Position numbers and translations under genes: made by a program. A DNA stretch of 23,452 nt, taken from positions 1 to 23,452 of the forward strand of contig CALEKU010000125.1 of NCBI GenBank assembly GCA_937902745.1, given 5' to 3'. This stretch comes from an uncultured Armatimonadetes bacterium. Lineage in GTDB: Bacteria > Armatimonadota > Armatimonadia > Armatimonadales > Armatimonadaceae. Shown in pieces: positions 9,032-17,310 of the stretch. Under the pieces are notes generated by a model, which did not search any database, had not been told where the DNA came from, and saw nothing but the letters and a program-made list of their open reading frames with translations. Each line of letters starts with the position of its first letter. The first letter of the stretch is position 1.

Positions 9032-9093
9032 GGGGAAGAACCTTTCCTTTGCTCCGTTGCGAAGGGCTGCGTGGTTACTCTTATGATACCCGC

Positions 9094-10308
9094 TCAGGAA
9101 AGGAGCAGGGCCGGAAGCGATTCGCCCGCGGCGTAGTCGCCCCGGTCCTCGTGCGCGACCAGGAGGGCGTTCGCGCCCACCAGGGAGGCAAGACGGTGTG
9201 ACCCCTGCGCCCCGGTGGGAGTGGCCAGGCAGGCGCCGTCCTCCGCGCGCCATTCGACGCGGGCGCGGACGAACTCGCGGCGGCCCGGCGCGTGCGGCAG
9301 GTCGGCGGTCAGGAGGGCGACGGTTCGCGGGCGCAGCACCTGTGCGTGTCCGGCCAGGCGGCGCAGAACGGGCCGAACGAACAGCTCGAACGTGACCAGC
9401 GAGGAGACGGGATTACCGGGCAGCCCGAAGAAGAGCGCGCCGCCGACCCGTCCGAACGCCAGCGGCTTGCCGGGCTTGATGGCGATGCGCCAGAAGTGCA
9501 GCACCCCCATCTCCTCCGCCACCGCTTTGACATGGTCGTGGTCGCCCACCGACACCCCGCCGGACGACACAATGACGTCGCAGCCCTGGCAGGCCGCCAG
9601 CGCCGCCCGGACACTCGCCTCGGTGTCCGCCGCGTGCTCCCGGACGGCCAGCTCTGCCCCCGCTTCCGCGACGGCGGCGGCGAGAGCGGGACCGTTGGCG
9701 TCTCGTATCTGCCCCGGCGCCAGGGGGGCGGAGCCGGGCGGTATCACCTCATCGCCGGTCGTCAGCAGCGCCACCCGCGGCACCCGCGTGCAGGGCGCGT
9801 CCGTGACGTTCAGCGCGGCGAGCAGTCCCACAGCGCCCGCGTCCAGAGTCGTCCCCGCCGTCAGGGCGACCGTCCCCCGCGCCACGTCACTCCCGGCGCG
9901 ACGGATGTAGGCCGCGGAACCAGCGTCGCGCAGCAGCACCTGGCCGGTATCCCCACCCGGGTTCTCCGTGTCCTCCTGCATGACCACGGCATCTGCGCCC
10001 GGCGGCACCGGCGCCCCGGTGAAGATGCGCGCGGCCGTCCCCGGGGCGAGGGGGGTGATGCGCGTTGCCCCCGCCGGGATCACCTGCGAGACCGGGAGTA
10101 CCACGCCCGGCGAGAACGGCCGCAGGTCTTCGGACCGGAAGGCATACCCATCCACGCTGCTGTTATCAAACGGAGGCAGGTCTTCGGCCGCGGTCACGTC
10201 CCGCGCGAGCGCCCGCCCGCGCGCCGCCGCGAGCGCGACCCGCTCCTTCGGTAGCGGCCCGCCCGCCACGTTCAAAACCCGCTCCAGCGCTTCGTCGTAG
10301 GTGAGCAT
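9094..10308 (-). CDS. moeA: Molybdopterin molybdenumtransferase MoeA
   Basis: MLTYDEALERVL... with LPPFDNSSVDGYA (MoeA N-domain) and the central MoCF-biosynthesis domain GDHDHVK. About 404 aa counting from ATG 10308. The ORF-track extension to 10515 runs into the structured intergenic element. Confidence 0.85.
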   Translation of the reverse strand: MLTYDEALERVLNVAGGPLPKERVALAAARGRALARDVTAAEDLPPFDNSSVDGYAFRSEDLRPFSPGVVLPVSQVIPAGATRITPLAPGTAARIFTGAPVPPGADAVVMQEDTENPGGDTGQVLLRDAGSAAYIRRAGSDVARGTVALTAGTTLDAGAVGLLAALNVTDAPCTRVPRVALLTTGDEVIPPGSAPLAPGQIRDANGPALAAAVAEAGAELAVREHAADTEASVRAALAACQGCDVIVSSGGVSVGDHDHVKAVAEEMGVLHFWRIAIKPGKPLAFGRVGGALFFGLPGNPVSSLVTFELFVRPVLRRLAGHAQVLRPRTVALLTADLPHAPGRREFVRARVEWRAEDGACLATPTGAQGSHRLASLVGANALLVAHEDRGDYAAGESLPALLLS

Positions 10309-10385
10309 CGTGTGCGTTTCGTTCCACCGAATGATGATGGCCGTCGCCCGTCCGTGTCTTCGGATGGTCGCCGTGGACTGAAGTC

Positions 10386-10508
10386 CCGGCTTCTGTGATT
10401 CAAGCCCGCCTGCGCGGGCTCCGGTGAATGCACGCAGGTACCGTGAGGCGGTAGCCGCCTCTCGGCCAATGCAGCCCGCGGAGGCGGGCTTGATTCCCAG
10501 AAGCCGGG
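10386..10508. repeat. Large imperfect inverted repeat / structured element in the moaC-moeA intergenic region (36-nt arms, 33/36 complementary, 51-nt spacer containing its own hairpin)
   Basis: Arm 10386-10421 CCCGGCTTCTGTGATTCAAGCCCGCCTGCGCGGGCT against arm 10473-10508 AGCCCGCGGAGGCGGGCTTGATTCCCAGAAGCCGGG. Inner hairpin GAGGCGG-tag-CCGCCTC. The two mirrored 65-67 aa ORFs in the track (…AGLNHRSRDFSP… / …AGLIPRSRGFNP…) are artefacts of this symmetry. Confidence 0.6.
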
Positions 10509-10553
10509 GTTTCAACCCACGGCACCCATGCCACGGCCACGGCTACCAAACCG

Positions 10554-11036
10554 TCAAGCCACATCATCAAACCGGAAGTCCCCCGACCGGCCGCCGGTCT
10601 TCTCCACCAGATGCACCTCGCCGATGACCATCCGCTTGTCCACGGCCTTGCACATGTCGTACACCGTGAGCGCGGCCACGGTGACGGCGGTCAGCGCCTC
10701 CATCTCCACGCCGGTACGCCCGAAGCAGGACGCCGTCGCCTCGATGCGGACGCCGGTTTCATCCAGGGATAACTCTACCTGGACGTCGGTCAGAGGGAGG
10801 GGGTGGCACAGGGGGATCAGATCACCCGTGCGCTTGGCCGCGAGCACGGCGGCGATGCGGGCTACGGTGAAGACATCGCCCTTCGGCAGCGCGCGCTCCG
10901 CGACCAGTTGCCGCGTGGCGGCGTCCATGCGGACGTGGCCGGCGGCACGGGCGGTGCGCTTCGTCTCCGGCTTGTCGGAAACATCGACCATGCGCGCGGC
11001 GCCGGTCGCGTCAAGGTGGGAAAACTCGGGGGGCAT
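10554..11036 (-). CDS. moaC: Cyclic pyranopterin monophosphate synthase MoaC
   Basis: [35 protein letters not shown]... through ...[23 protein letters not shown], the classic MoaC family signature. 160 aa. Confidence 0.9.
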   Translation of the reverse strand: MPPEFSHLDATGAARMVDVSDKPETKRTARAAGHVRMDAATRQLVAERALPKGDVFTVARIAAVLAAKRTGDLIPLCHPLPLTDVQVELSLDETGVRIEATASCFGRTGVEMEALTAVTVAALTVYDMCKAVDKRMVIGEVHLVEKTGGRSGDFRFDDVA

Positions 11037-11157
11037 GACAGGGCATTATACCGCCGCGAGGGGGTGGGGAGGGCGCTGCGGCAAGAGGTATCCCCCCGCT
11101 CGGGGCGAACCTTAGAAATAGCAGCGTCGCAGCACGAACCGCGAAGGAGCACCGACG

Positions 11158-11994
11158 ATGATTGACCCATCCTGCCTGGCCCACCGGCTGACGGACGACG
11201 AGCGGAAGCAGTTCGACGAACTCGGCTACTTCCAGGTGGAGGATGCCCTGTCCTCCGGTCAGGTCGCCGCGCTGACAGAGGTCGCCGACCGCATCTTTGA
11301 CCGGAAGGTGGCGGAGGGGCACGACCCGGCGAAGTCGCTCTTCTACCCCAACTTCATCCCGGACGACCCGCTGTTTCAGGAGCTGGTGGACTACCCGAAG
11401 ATCCTGCCCAAAGTGTGGGGCATCCTCGGGTGGAACATCTACCTCTACCACGCGCACCTCATCGTCACGCCGCCGAGCGGGCAGCCGCGCAACGACCGGA
11501 CGTTCGGCTGGCACCAGGACAGCGGGCGCGTGAACGTCGAGATCGAGTCCCATCCACGCCCGCGCCTTTCGCTCAAGGTGGCCTACTTCCTGTCGGACAC
11601 GAGCGAGGAGGGGCGCGGCAACTTCTGGGTCGTGCCGGGGACGCACCTGTCGGACACGCTGGCGCGGCCGGAGAGCGGCGAGGGGCAGCCCGAGGGGGCG
11701 GTGCCGGTGCTGGCGAAGCCGGGCACGGCGGTCTTCTTCGACCGCCGCCTGTGGCACGCGGGGACGCCCAACTGGTCCGACGTGACTCGCAAGGTGCTGT
11801 TCTACGGCTACGGCTACCGCTGGATACGGACGAAGGACGACATGACGGTGAGCAGCCTGTGGGACGAAAACGACCCGATCCGCCGCCAGCTGCTCGGCTG
11901 GGGCGTGAACGCCAACGGCTTCTACACCCCGACCGACGAGGATGTGCCCCTGCGCGTCTGGCTGCGTGAACACGCGCCGGACGATGCGAAGTAG
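11158..11994 (+). CDS. PhyH-family Fe(II)/2-oxoglutarate-dependent dioxygenase (phytanoyl-CoA dioxygenase-like), 278 aa
   Basis: HxD...H facial triad in the context WHQDSGR ... LWHAGTPN, with a length and pattern typical of the PhyH superfamily. GAAGGAG ribosome-binding site 7 nt upstream. Confidence 0.75.
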   Translation: MIDPSCLAHRLTDDERKQFDELGYFQVEDALSSGQVAALTEVADRIFDRKVAEGHDPAKSLFYPNFIPDDPLFQELVDYPKILPKVWGILGWNIYLYHAHLIVTPPSGQPRNDRTFGWHQDSGRVNVEIESHPRPRLSLKVAYFLSDTSEEGRGNFWVVPGTHLSDTLARPESGEGQPEGAVPVLAKPGTAVFFDRRLWHAGTPNWSDVTRKVLFYGYGYRWIRTKDDMTVSSLWDENDPIRRQLLGWGVNANGFYTPTDEDVPLRVWLREHAPDDAK

Positions 11995-12052
11995 AAGTAG
12001 AGAGGGCGAACAGAGGCGCGCGGGCTACTACCGCCGGGGATCGGTAGCCGGG

Positions 12053-12091
12053 TTTTCCACAGTTTCCACAGGCTGTGGAAACTGTGGAAAA
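12053..12091. promoter_or_regulatory. 39-bp perfect palindrome (19-bp arms, 1-nt centre) made of tandem TTTCCACAG units. Candidate operator upstream of the triple-YbjQ gene.
   Basis: TTTTCCACAGTTTCCACAG-g-CTGTGGAAACTGTGGAAAA, verified base by base. No flanking U-tract, so it does not look like a terminator. Confidence 0.5.
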
Positions 12092-12194
12092 CTGACGCGG
12101 GGTGCCGTTTTGTGCCCGGGAATTTTCAACACTGGCCGCGAATCCATTCGACGGCAGGCAGATCGGAAGCAAAGGATCACAAAGGGGACAGAGT

Positions 12195-13352
12195 ATGGCG
12201 ATAGCGACCGGGCTTTCGGGTAATGAGATGTACTGCCTGCATCTCAAGGGGTTCGCGCCGGGCGAGCTGGTGATAGGGAACAGCGTCTACTCGATGGGTT
12301 TTCTGGGAGCGCTCGGGGCGGGACTGCAGACGATGGCCGGGGGGGAGGTGAAGCCGGTCACGGACATCATCCACGAGGGGCGCGAGCGGGCGTTCGAGCG
12401 GATGGTCCACGAGGCGGAGAAGCACGGCGGCGTCGGCATCACGGGCGTCTCCAGCGAACTGATCTGGCAGGGCGGTAACGTCGAGTTCTTAGCGGTCGGC
12501 TCCTGCATCCACCACGAGGGCAAATCCGCGGAGAAGCTCGCCTTCTCGTCGTCGGCGGACGGGCAGGAGCTGTACTGCCAGCTGGACGCCGGGTTTATGC
12601 CTGTGTCCTTCGTGTTCGGGAACATCGCTTACTCCATCGGGATAGGCGGCGGCATCGTGGGCGGGCTGCGCAGCTTCCGACGCGGCGAGGTCAAGGAGTT
12701 CTCCGACATCTTCAACGAGACGCGGCACCGGGCGCTGTGGCGCGTGACCGAGGAGGCCCGCCGCGCCGGGGCGAACGCCGTGGTCGGCATCCGGACTACC
12801 ATCCTGCCGTTCTCCGGGATGCAGGAGATGGTGATGATCGGTACGGCGTCCCGACACCCTGCCCTTCCGGAGGAGACCCGCGAGAGCCCCATCACCAGCG
12901 ACCTGACGTGCGAGGAGATGTGGAACGTCATCCACATGGGCTACATGCCCGTGCAGCTGGTCCTCGGCGTCTCCGTGTACTCGCTCGGCTTCGTTGGCAG
13001 CATCACGTCCGGCTTTCGCTCCCTGGTACGCGGCGAGATCGAGCAGATGAGCACCCTGCTCTACGAGGCGCGCGATAACGCCATACGGCGCATCCGGGCG
13101 GATGCCGAACTGTGCGGCGCGGACGACGTGGTGGGCATCAAGACCTATGTCTACAGCCTGGGCAGCGGCATCATCGAGTTCATGGCCATAGGAACCGCTG
13201 TGAAGAAGATGAGCGGCCTGCGGACCTTTACGGACTCCCTGCCCGCACAGGCGGTTATCCGCGACAAGGACACTCTGTTCAACAGCGCGGGCCGCACCCT
13301 GGGCGCCAACCTGGGAGAGGCGCGGCCCGGGGCTCCGCCGGTCGGTGTCTGA
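12195..13352 (+). CDS. Triple tandem YbjQ/UPF0145 (DUF74, putative heavy-metal-binding domain) protein, 385 aa
   Basis: Three consecutive ~120-aa modules each match single-domain YbjQ (~107 aa), e.g. module 3 GVSVYSLGFVGSITSGFRSLVRGEIEQMSTLLYEARDNAIRRIRADAELCGADDVVGIKTYVYSLGSGIIEFMAIGTAV against E. coli YbjQ [38 protein letters not shown]...[31 protein letters not shown]. ATG 12195 follows AGGGGACAGAGT. Confidence 0.8.
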   Translation: MAIATGLSGNEMYCLHLKGFAPGELVIGNSVYSMGFLGALGAGLQTMAGGEVKPVTDIIHEGRERAFERMVHEAEKHGGVGITGVSSELIWQGGNVEFLAVGSCIHHEGKSAEKLAFSSSADGQELYCQLDAGFMPVSFVFGNIAYSIGIGGGIVGGLRSFRRGEVKEFSDIFNETRHRALWRVTEEARRAGANAVVGIRTTILPFSGMQEMVMIGTASRHPALPEETRESPITSDLTCEEMWNVIHMGYMPVQLVLGVSVYSLGFVGSITSGFRSLVRGEIEQMSTLLYEARDNAIRRIRADAELCGADDVVGIKTYVYSLGSGIIEFMAIGTAVKKMSGLRTFTDSLPAQAVIRDKDTLFNSAGRTLGANLGEARPGAPPVGV

Positions 13353-13443
13353 CACGGCTCCTGCTCCAAGGAGCAGGGGGCAGCGGCGAAACGGTCGTGC
13401 CATACTACCCCGTGATCGAAGAGGGTAACAGGAGGGAGGCACG

Positions 13444-14313
13444 ATGATCCTGGTTGCGGGAGCCACCGGCAAGGTGGGGGGCGAAGTGGTAGAGGCGCTG
13501 AAGGCGATTCCGGGAGCGCCGCCGTTCCAGGCGCTGGTGCGCCGGCCCGAGGCGGCGGCGGAGCTGGAAGCGCGCGGGGTGCGGGCCGTGCTCGCCGACC
13601 TGGGCGACCCGGCCCGCATGGCAAAGGCGCTGGAGGGGGTAGAGCGCTTCTTCCTGGTCTCTGCACCGGACCCGCGCCAGGTAGAGATTGAGGGGGCCGC
13701 CGCGGAGGCGGCGCAAGCGGCGGGCGTCCGGCAGATCGTCAAGCTCTCCGCGCTCGGGGCGGATGCTGGCGCGGAGTGTGCCTTCCTGCGCTTCAACCGG
13801 GCCGCTGAGGAGCGAGTGGCGGCCTCCGGCGTCGCCGCCTGGACGTTCCTGCGCCCCAATGGGTTCTTCCACAACCTTCTGGGATACGCCGACTCTATCC
13901 GCACCCAGGGCGCCTTCTACGCCCCGGCAGGGGAGGCGCGCATCAGTCTGGTGGACACGGCCGACATCGGTGCTGTCGCGGCGCGTGTCCTCACCGACCC
14001 CATCGAAGCCCACGCGGGCCAGACATACGACATCACCGGGCCGGAGGCGCTGACCCACGACGACATCGCCCGCGCCCTGTCGGCGCTGCTGGGGCGCGAT
14101 GTCCGCTATGTGGCTGTGGACGACGCCGCGGCGAAGCAGGGGATGCTCGCCGCCGGTATGCCCGAGTGGCAGGCGGAGGCCGTGGTGGCGCTCTACCGCT
14201 TCTACCGCACCGGGGCCGCCGCGACCGTTACGGACACTGTTCCGGCGCTGGCCGGCCGTCCCGCACGGACCGCCGCGCAGTTTCTGGAGGCGAACCGCGC
14301 CGTCTTTTCGTAG
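13444..14313 (+). CDS. NmrA-like / atypical SDR NAD(P)-binding protein, 289 aa
   Basis: N-terminal Rossmann motif MILVAGATGKVGGEVVEAL (GxxGxxG). Overall NmrA/SDR-a5-like layout. AGGAGGGAGG ribosome-binding site upstream. Confidence 0.75.
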   Translation: MILVAGATGKVGGEVVEALKAIPGAPPFQALVRRPEAAAELEARGVRAVLADLGDPARMAKALEGVERFFLVSAPDPRQVEIEGAAAEAAQAAGVRQIVKLSALGADAGAECAFLRFNRAAEERVAASGVAAWTFLRPNGFFHNLLGYADSIRTQGAFYAPAGEARISLVDTADIGAVAARVLTDPIEAHAGQTYDITGPEALTHDDIARALSALLGRDVRYVAVDDAAAKQGMLAAGMPEWQAEAVVALYRFYRTGAAATVTDTVPALAGRPARTAAQFLEANRAVFS

Positions 14314-14329
14314 GGCGGCGCAAAAAAGA

Positions 14330-14365
14330 GCCCGGCCCGGCGCCCAATTGGGCGCCGGGCCGGGC
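14330..14365 (-). terminator. 36-bp perfect palindrome; terminator for the convergent flotillin gene and possibly for the NmrA-like gene
   Basis: GCCCGGCCCGGCGCCCAA|TTGGGCGCCGGGCCGGGC. On the minus strand it is followed by CTCTTTTTTGCG (U-tract). It shares an 11-nt outer stem with the hairpin at 17311-17349. Confidence 0.6.
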
Positions 14366-14382
14366 GGCCTGTGGCGTAACGG

Positions 14383-16365
14383 TTACGACTTGCTCGGCTT
14401 GTCCGAACTGCCGGCCGCCGGGGCCGGGAGGGAGGCGCCCGCCGCTGCGGGAGTCGCCCCGTTCGCCGGAGCGGGCTTCACAGCGGCCGCTTCGTCCTTG
14501 TAAGCGCCCTCCACGAAGCGGGATGCCAGTTCGCTGGCCTGATCGCTGGTGAGGCGCTGACCCGTGAACCGCTCTACTACCGCCATCACCTCGCGGGCCA
14601 CGTCCCCCAGCGCCCCCTTGGCGGAGTCCGGGGTGCCCTTCATCAGGCCATCCACGAGCGTCCCCATGGACAGGCCGCGGGTGTACTGGTTCATCATCTG
14701 GCTCATCGTGCTCGGGTCGCCGTAGATGGTGAACTGCCCCTTGCTCATGAACTCGCCGATGGACTGGGCCATCTTCACCTGCACGTCGCGAGTCGCCTCG
14801 ATCCGCAGTCGGTCCAGCTCGTAGGCAAGAGCGGCCTCGCTGTAGGTCTGCTTGTTCTCCAGGGCCTGCCGCTCGACCTCGACCCGGGCCTTCTCAACCT
14901 CGACCTGCTCCTTGGCCACCTCTACAGAGACCATCTGCAGGGCGCGCTCACCCTTCGCGGCCAGCTCCTTGGCCTGGGCTTCGGCCTGCGCCAACCGCAG
15001 CTTCGCCTGGGCGTCCTTCTCGGCGGCGGCCTGTGCGGCGTCCGCCTGCTTGATCTGGGCGAAGGCGGCTACCTCGGCATCGGTCTGCCGCTTGATCTTC
15101 TCCTGGTCGATGACCTGCTGCGCGGCGATGAGCTTCTTCTTCGCCTCGCGCTCGGCCTCAGCGAGCTGCTGGATCTTAATGACCTCCTGCTCGGCGGCTT
15201 CGCGCTCGGCCTGGGCGCGCAGGGCGGCCTCCTGAGCCCGCGCCCGCAGCGCCTCCTGCTCGGCGACCGCGGCCTCCTTCTGCCGCTCCTGTAGCTCCAG
15301 CGCCTGCTTGCGGGCGATGTCGGCGGCGGCAACCGCCTTCTCCCGCTCAATGTCCGCCTCCTGCATCTCGCGCTTGCGGGCGACCAGCGCCTTGTCGCGC
15401 TCGATGGCCGCGGCCTGCACCGCGAGGTCCCGCTGAATCTCCGCCTCCTTGATAGCGCGGTCCTGCTCGATGGCGAAGGACTCCTGCTCCCGGCGGCGCT
15501 GCGCCTGGACGTTCGCCACATCCTTGGCCTGAGTCGCCTCCGCCTCAGAGCGCGCCCGCTCCAACTCCAGCACCTGCTGGCGCGTCTCCACGTCCTTGAT
15601 GGCGATCTGCCGCTCCGCGTCTCGCTCGATCCGGTTGCGCTCGATGCGGGCGCTCTGGGTGATCTCGGTGATCTTCTTCTTACCCTGGGCGTCGAAGATG
15701 TTGTTGTCGGAAAGCAGGTCCTGCGCCGTCTGGTCGAGGCGCGAGATGGTGACCGACTCCAGCGTCAGGCCGTTCTGTTGCAGGTCGTTGACGACGAGGT
15801 TCAGGACGGAGGAGGCGAACGCGTCGCGCTGCGTGTGCAGTTCGATCAGGTCCTTGGTCGCGGCCACGGAGCGGAGCGCCGAAACCAGCTTTTCGAAGAC
15901 GAGCATCCCAACCGAGTGCGCGTCCACGGACTTCTCACCGAGCGACCGGGCGGCGTTAAGGATGTCCTCTTCCAGCGCCTTGACCTTGATGTAGAACTCG
16001 CCCTTGACATCGACACGGAGGTTGTCCTTGGTGATAAGGGCGTCCGGCCCGCGCCGCTCGACCTCCAGCTTCATCGTCTCCAGGGAGACGGGGACGGTCT
16101 GGTGGAAGAAGGGGATCACCAGGGAGCCGCTGTCCAGGATGACGCGCGTGCCGCCCTGGCCGGTGCGGACGAACGCTTCGTTCGCGGACGCCCGCTTGTA
16201 GAACTTGCTGAAGAACGCGATGTACGCGCCGAATAACAGTAGGAGGCCGCCCAGTACTGTCAGCGCCCCCGCGAACACTCCCTGCATCGGGACCGCACCC
16301 ATCAGGCCGAGTGCGCCTGCTCCCAGCAGGAACGCCCCCAGTAGTACCATCACCAACCCGATCAT
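14383..16365 (-). CDS. Flotillin-like SPFH/Band-7 protein (FloT/YqiK type), ~660 aa
   Basis: N-terminal hydrophobic hairpin MIGLVMVLLGAFLLGAGALGL..., an SPFH domain (RTGQGGTRVILDSGSLVIPFFHQTV...DNLRVDVKGEFYIKV) and a long EA-rich coiled-coil flotillin tail. ATG 16365 has a GAGGAGG ribosome-binding site upstream. The ORF-track start at 16449 has none. Confidence 0.85.
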   Translation of the reverse strand: MIGLVMVLLGAFLLGAGALGLMGAVPMQGVFAGALTVLGGLLLLFGAYIAFFSKFYKRASANEAFVRTGQGGTRVILDSGSLVIPFFHQTVPVSLETMKLEVERRGPDALITKDNLRVDVKGEFYIKVKALEEDILNAARSLGEKSVDAHSVGMLVFEKLVSALRSVAATKDLIELHTQRDAFASSVLNLVVNDLQQNGLTLESVTISRLDQTAQDLLSDNNIFDAQGKKKITEITQSARIERNRIERDAERQIAIKDVETRQQVLELERARSEAEATQAKDVANVQAQRRREQESFAIEQDRAIKEAEIQRDLAVQAAAIERDKALVARKREMQEADIEREKAVAAADIARKQALELQERQKEAAVAEQEALRARAQEAALRAQAEREAAEQEVIKIQQLAEAEREAKKKLIAAQQVIDQEKIKRQTDAEVAAFAQIKQADAAQAAAEKDAQAKLRLAQAEAQAKELAAKGERALQMVSVEVAKEQVEVEKARVEVERQALENKQTYSEAALAYELDRLRIEATRDVQVKMAQSIGEFMSKGQFTIYGDPSTMSQMMNQYTRGLSMGTLVDGLMKGTPDSAKGALGDVAREVMAVVERFTGQRLTSDQASELASRFVEGAYKDEAAAVKPAPANGATPAAAGASLPAPAAGSSDKPSKS

Positions 16366-16488
16366 GTTTGCAACCTCCTCACTCGCATGCGTGCTCTCAC
16401 CTCTCATCGCCGGGGCGGTGTGTCCCCACCCGGCCCGCTCGCTCTCCACCCTCGGGTCGTTGCGCTGTGCGTGGGGGAGACAAAGACA

Positions 16489-17190
16489 TTAACTGAAGGG
16501 GTTCTCGTCCACGGTGAAGACGCCTGTTTCGGGGTCTCGGGAGACGAGGATGACATCCCTCCCTGCTTCGATGGGATGGTCGCCCGGCGCGACGCGCGCC
16601 GGAACCTGATGCAGCGTCCCGCCCGCATCCCGCACCTGGATGGTGCCGCCCTCCGGCGTCACCGTGAAGACCACGCGCGCCGTGCGGGCGAGCAGGTCCC
16701 GGCTCGCCGTGGCGGGCAGATCCTTCGGCAGGAACCGGCGCGCCGTCGCCCCGAAGAGCGCCATACCCAGAAGTCCCGCGGCCAGGGCGATGAGCAGGGC
16801 CGCCACAATCCGGCTGTCCGGCGATGCCGCAACGTTCAGGCTGCGGTTCGCGCCCAGACCCGCCACACCGAAGAAGAGCAGGAAGCCGGGCAGGAGCAAC
16901 GTGACGGGGACGGAGCCAACGCCGAACGCCTGGAAGGCGCCCGCGAGCGGGTTGCTGCCGTGATGGTCCCCGTCGGCGTCCCCGTGATCCGCGTCGCCGT
17001 CGCCGCCATCACCAGCATGACCGCCGTCGCCGTGCACGTCGCCATGCCCGTCGCCGTCCCCATCGGCGCCGTGTCCGTCGTCATCGCCGAGACCGGTCAC
17101 CGTGCCCAGGAGCAGAAGGAGGACCGCTACGCCCAGGGGGATCAGGAAAAGCAGGTTCCACCAGTGCAGAAATCCGGATGTCGAAACCAT
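16489..17190 (-). CDS. NfeD-like membrane protein (YuaF/YqiJ type, flotillin partner) with a His/Asp/Gly-rich insert
   Basis: TM helix, then a low-complexity stretch GDDDGHGADGDGDGHGDVHGDGGHAGDGGDGDADHGDADGDHHG, further TM segments and a C-terminal beta-barrel-like tail ...TIQVRDAGGTLHQVPARVAPGDHPIEAGRDVILVS (NfeD OB-fold). It sits immediately upstream of flotillin on the same strand, the canonical nfeD-floT order. AAAGGGGGAAGAG ribosome-binding site. Confidence 0.7.
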   Translation of the reverse strand: MVSTSGFLHWWNLLFLIPLGVAVLLLLLGTVTGLGDDDGHGADGDGDGHGDVHGDGGHAGDGGDGDADHGDADGDHHGSNPLAGAFQAFGVGSVPVTLLLPGFLLFFGVAGLGANRSLNVAASPDSRIVAALLIALAAGLLGMALFGATARRFLPKDLPATASRDLLARTARVVFTVTPEGGTIQVRDAGGTLHQVPARVAPGDHPIEAGRDVILVSRDPETGVFTVDENPFS

Positions 17191-17310
17191 CTCTTCCCCC
17201 TTTCCGACGCCTCAATGCGTCCCCTGGACTATTGTACTGCGGTTCAGACACGGCAGCGGGCATTTAGTTGCACGCCGGGGCAGGGAAGATAGAGGGCGTT
17301 CAAGCAAGCA

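Noticed and set aside
7928-9136. 402-aa + strand ORF overlapping hppD
   Set aside because: Antisense to an unmistakable HPPD gene. No recognisable motifs.
10272-10627. Two mirrored small ORFs (65 and 67 aa) in the moaC-moeA spacer
   Set aside because: Their similar peptides (…AGLNHRSRDFSP… / …AGLIPRSRGFNP…) merely reflect the inverted repeat read on both strands. No ribosome-binding site. Interpreted as a structural element, not coding.
11011-11973. 320-aa minus-strand ORF antisense to the PhyH-like gene
   Set aside because: Low-complexity R/P/A-rich translation. The sense strand carries the HxD...H dioxygenase motifs and a good ribosome-binding site.
12053-12091. Possible CRISPR-like repeat (TTTCCACAG x2 on each arm)
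   Set aside because: The repeats are only 9 nt, arranged as a palindrome rather than as repeat-spacer units. No array and no cas genes. Treated as an operator-like palindrome instead.
12489-13904. 471-aa minus-strand ORF spanning the YbjQ-triple and NmrA genes
   Set aside because: It crosses two well-supported + strand genes and an intergenic ribosome-binding site. Its composition is A/R/S/P-biased. Spurious.
16366-16449. Extended flotillin N-terminus from ATG 16449 or 16407
   Set aside because: Only ATG 16365 has a strong GAGGAGG Shine-Dalgarno and begins directly with the expected hydrophobic hairpin. The extension encodes a polar leader with no support.
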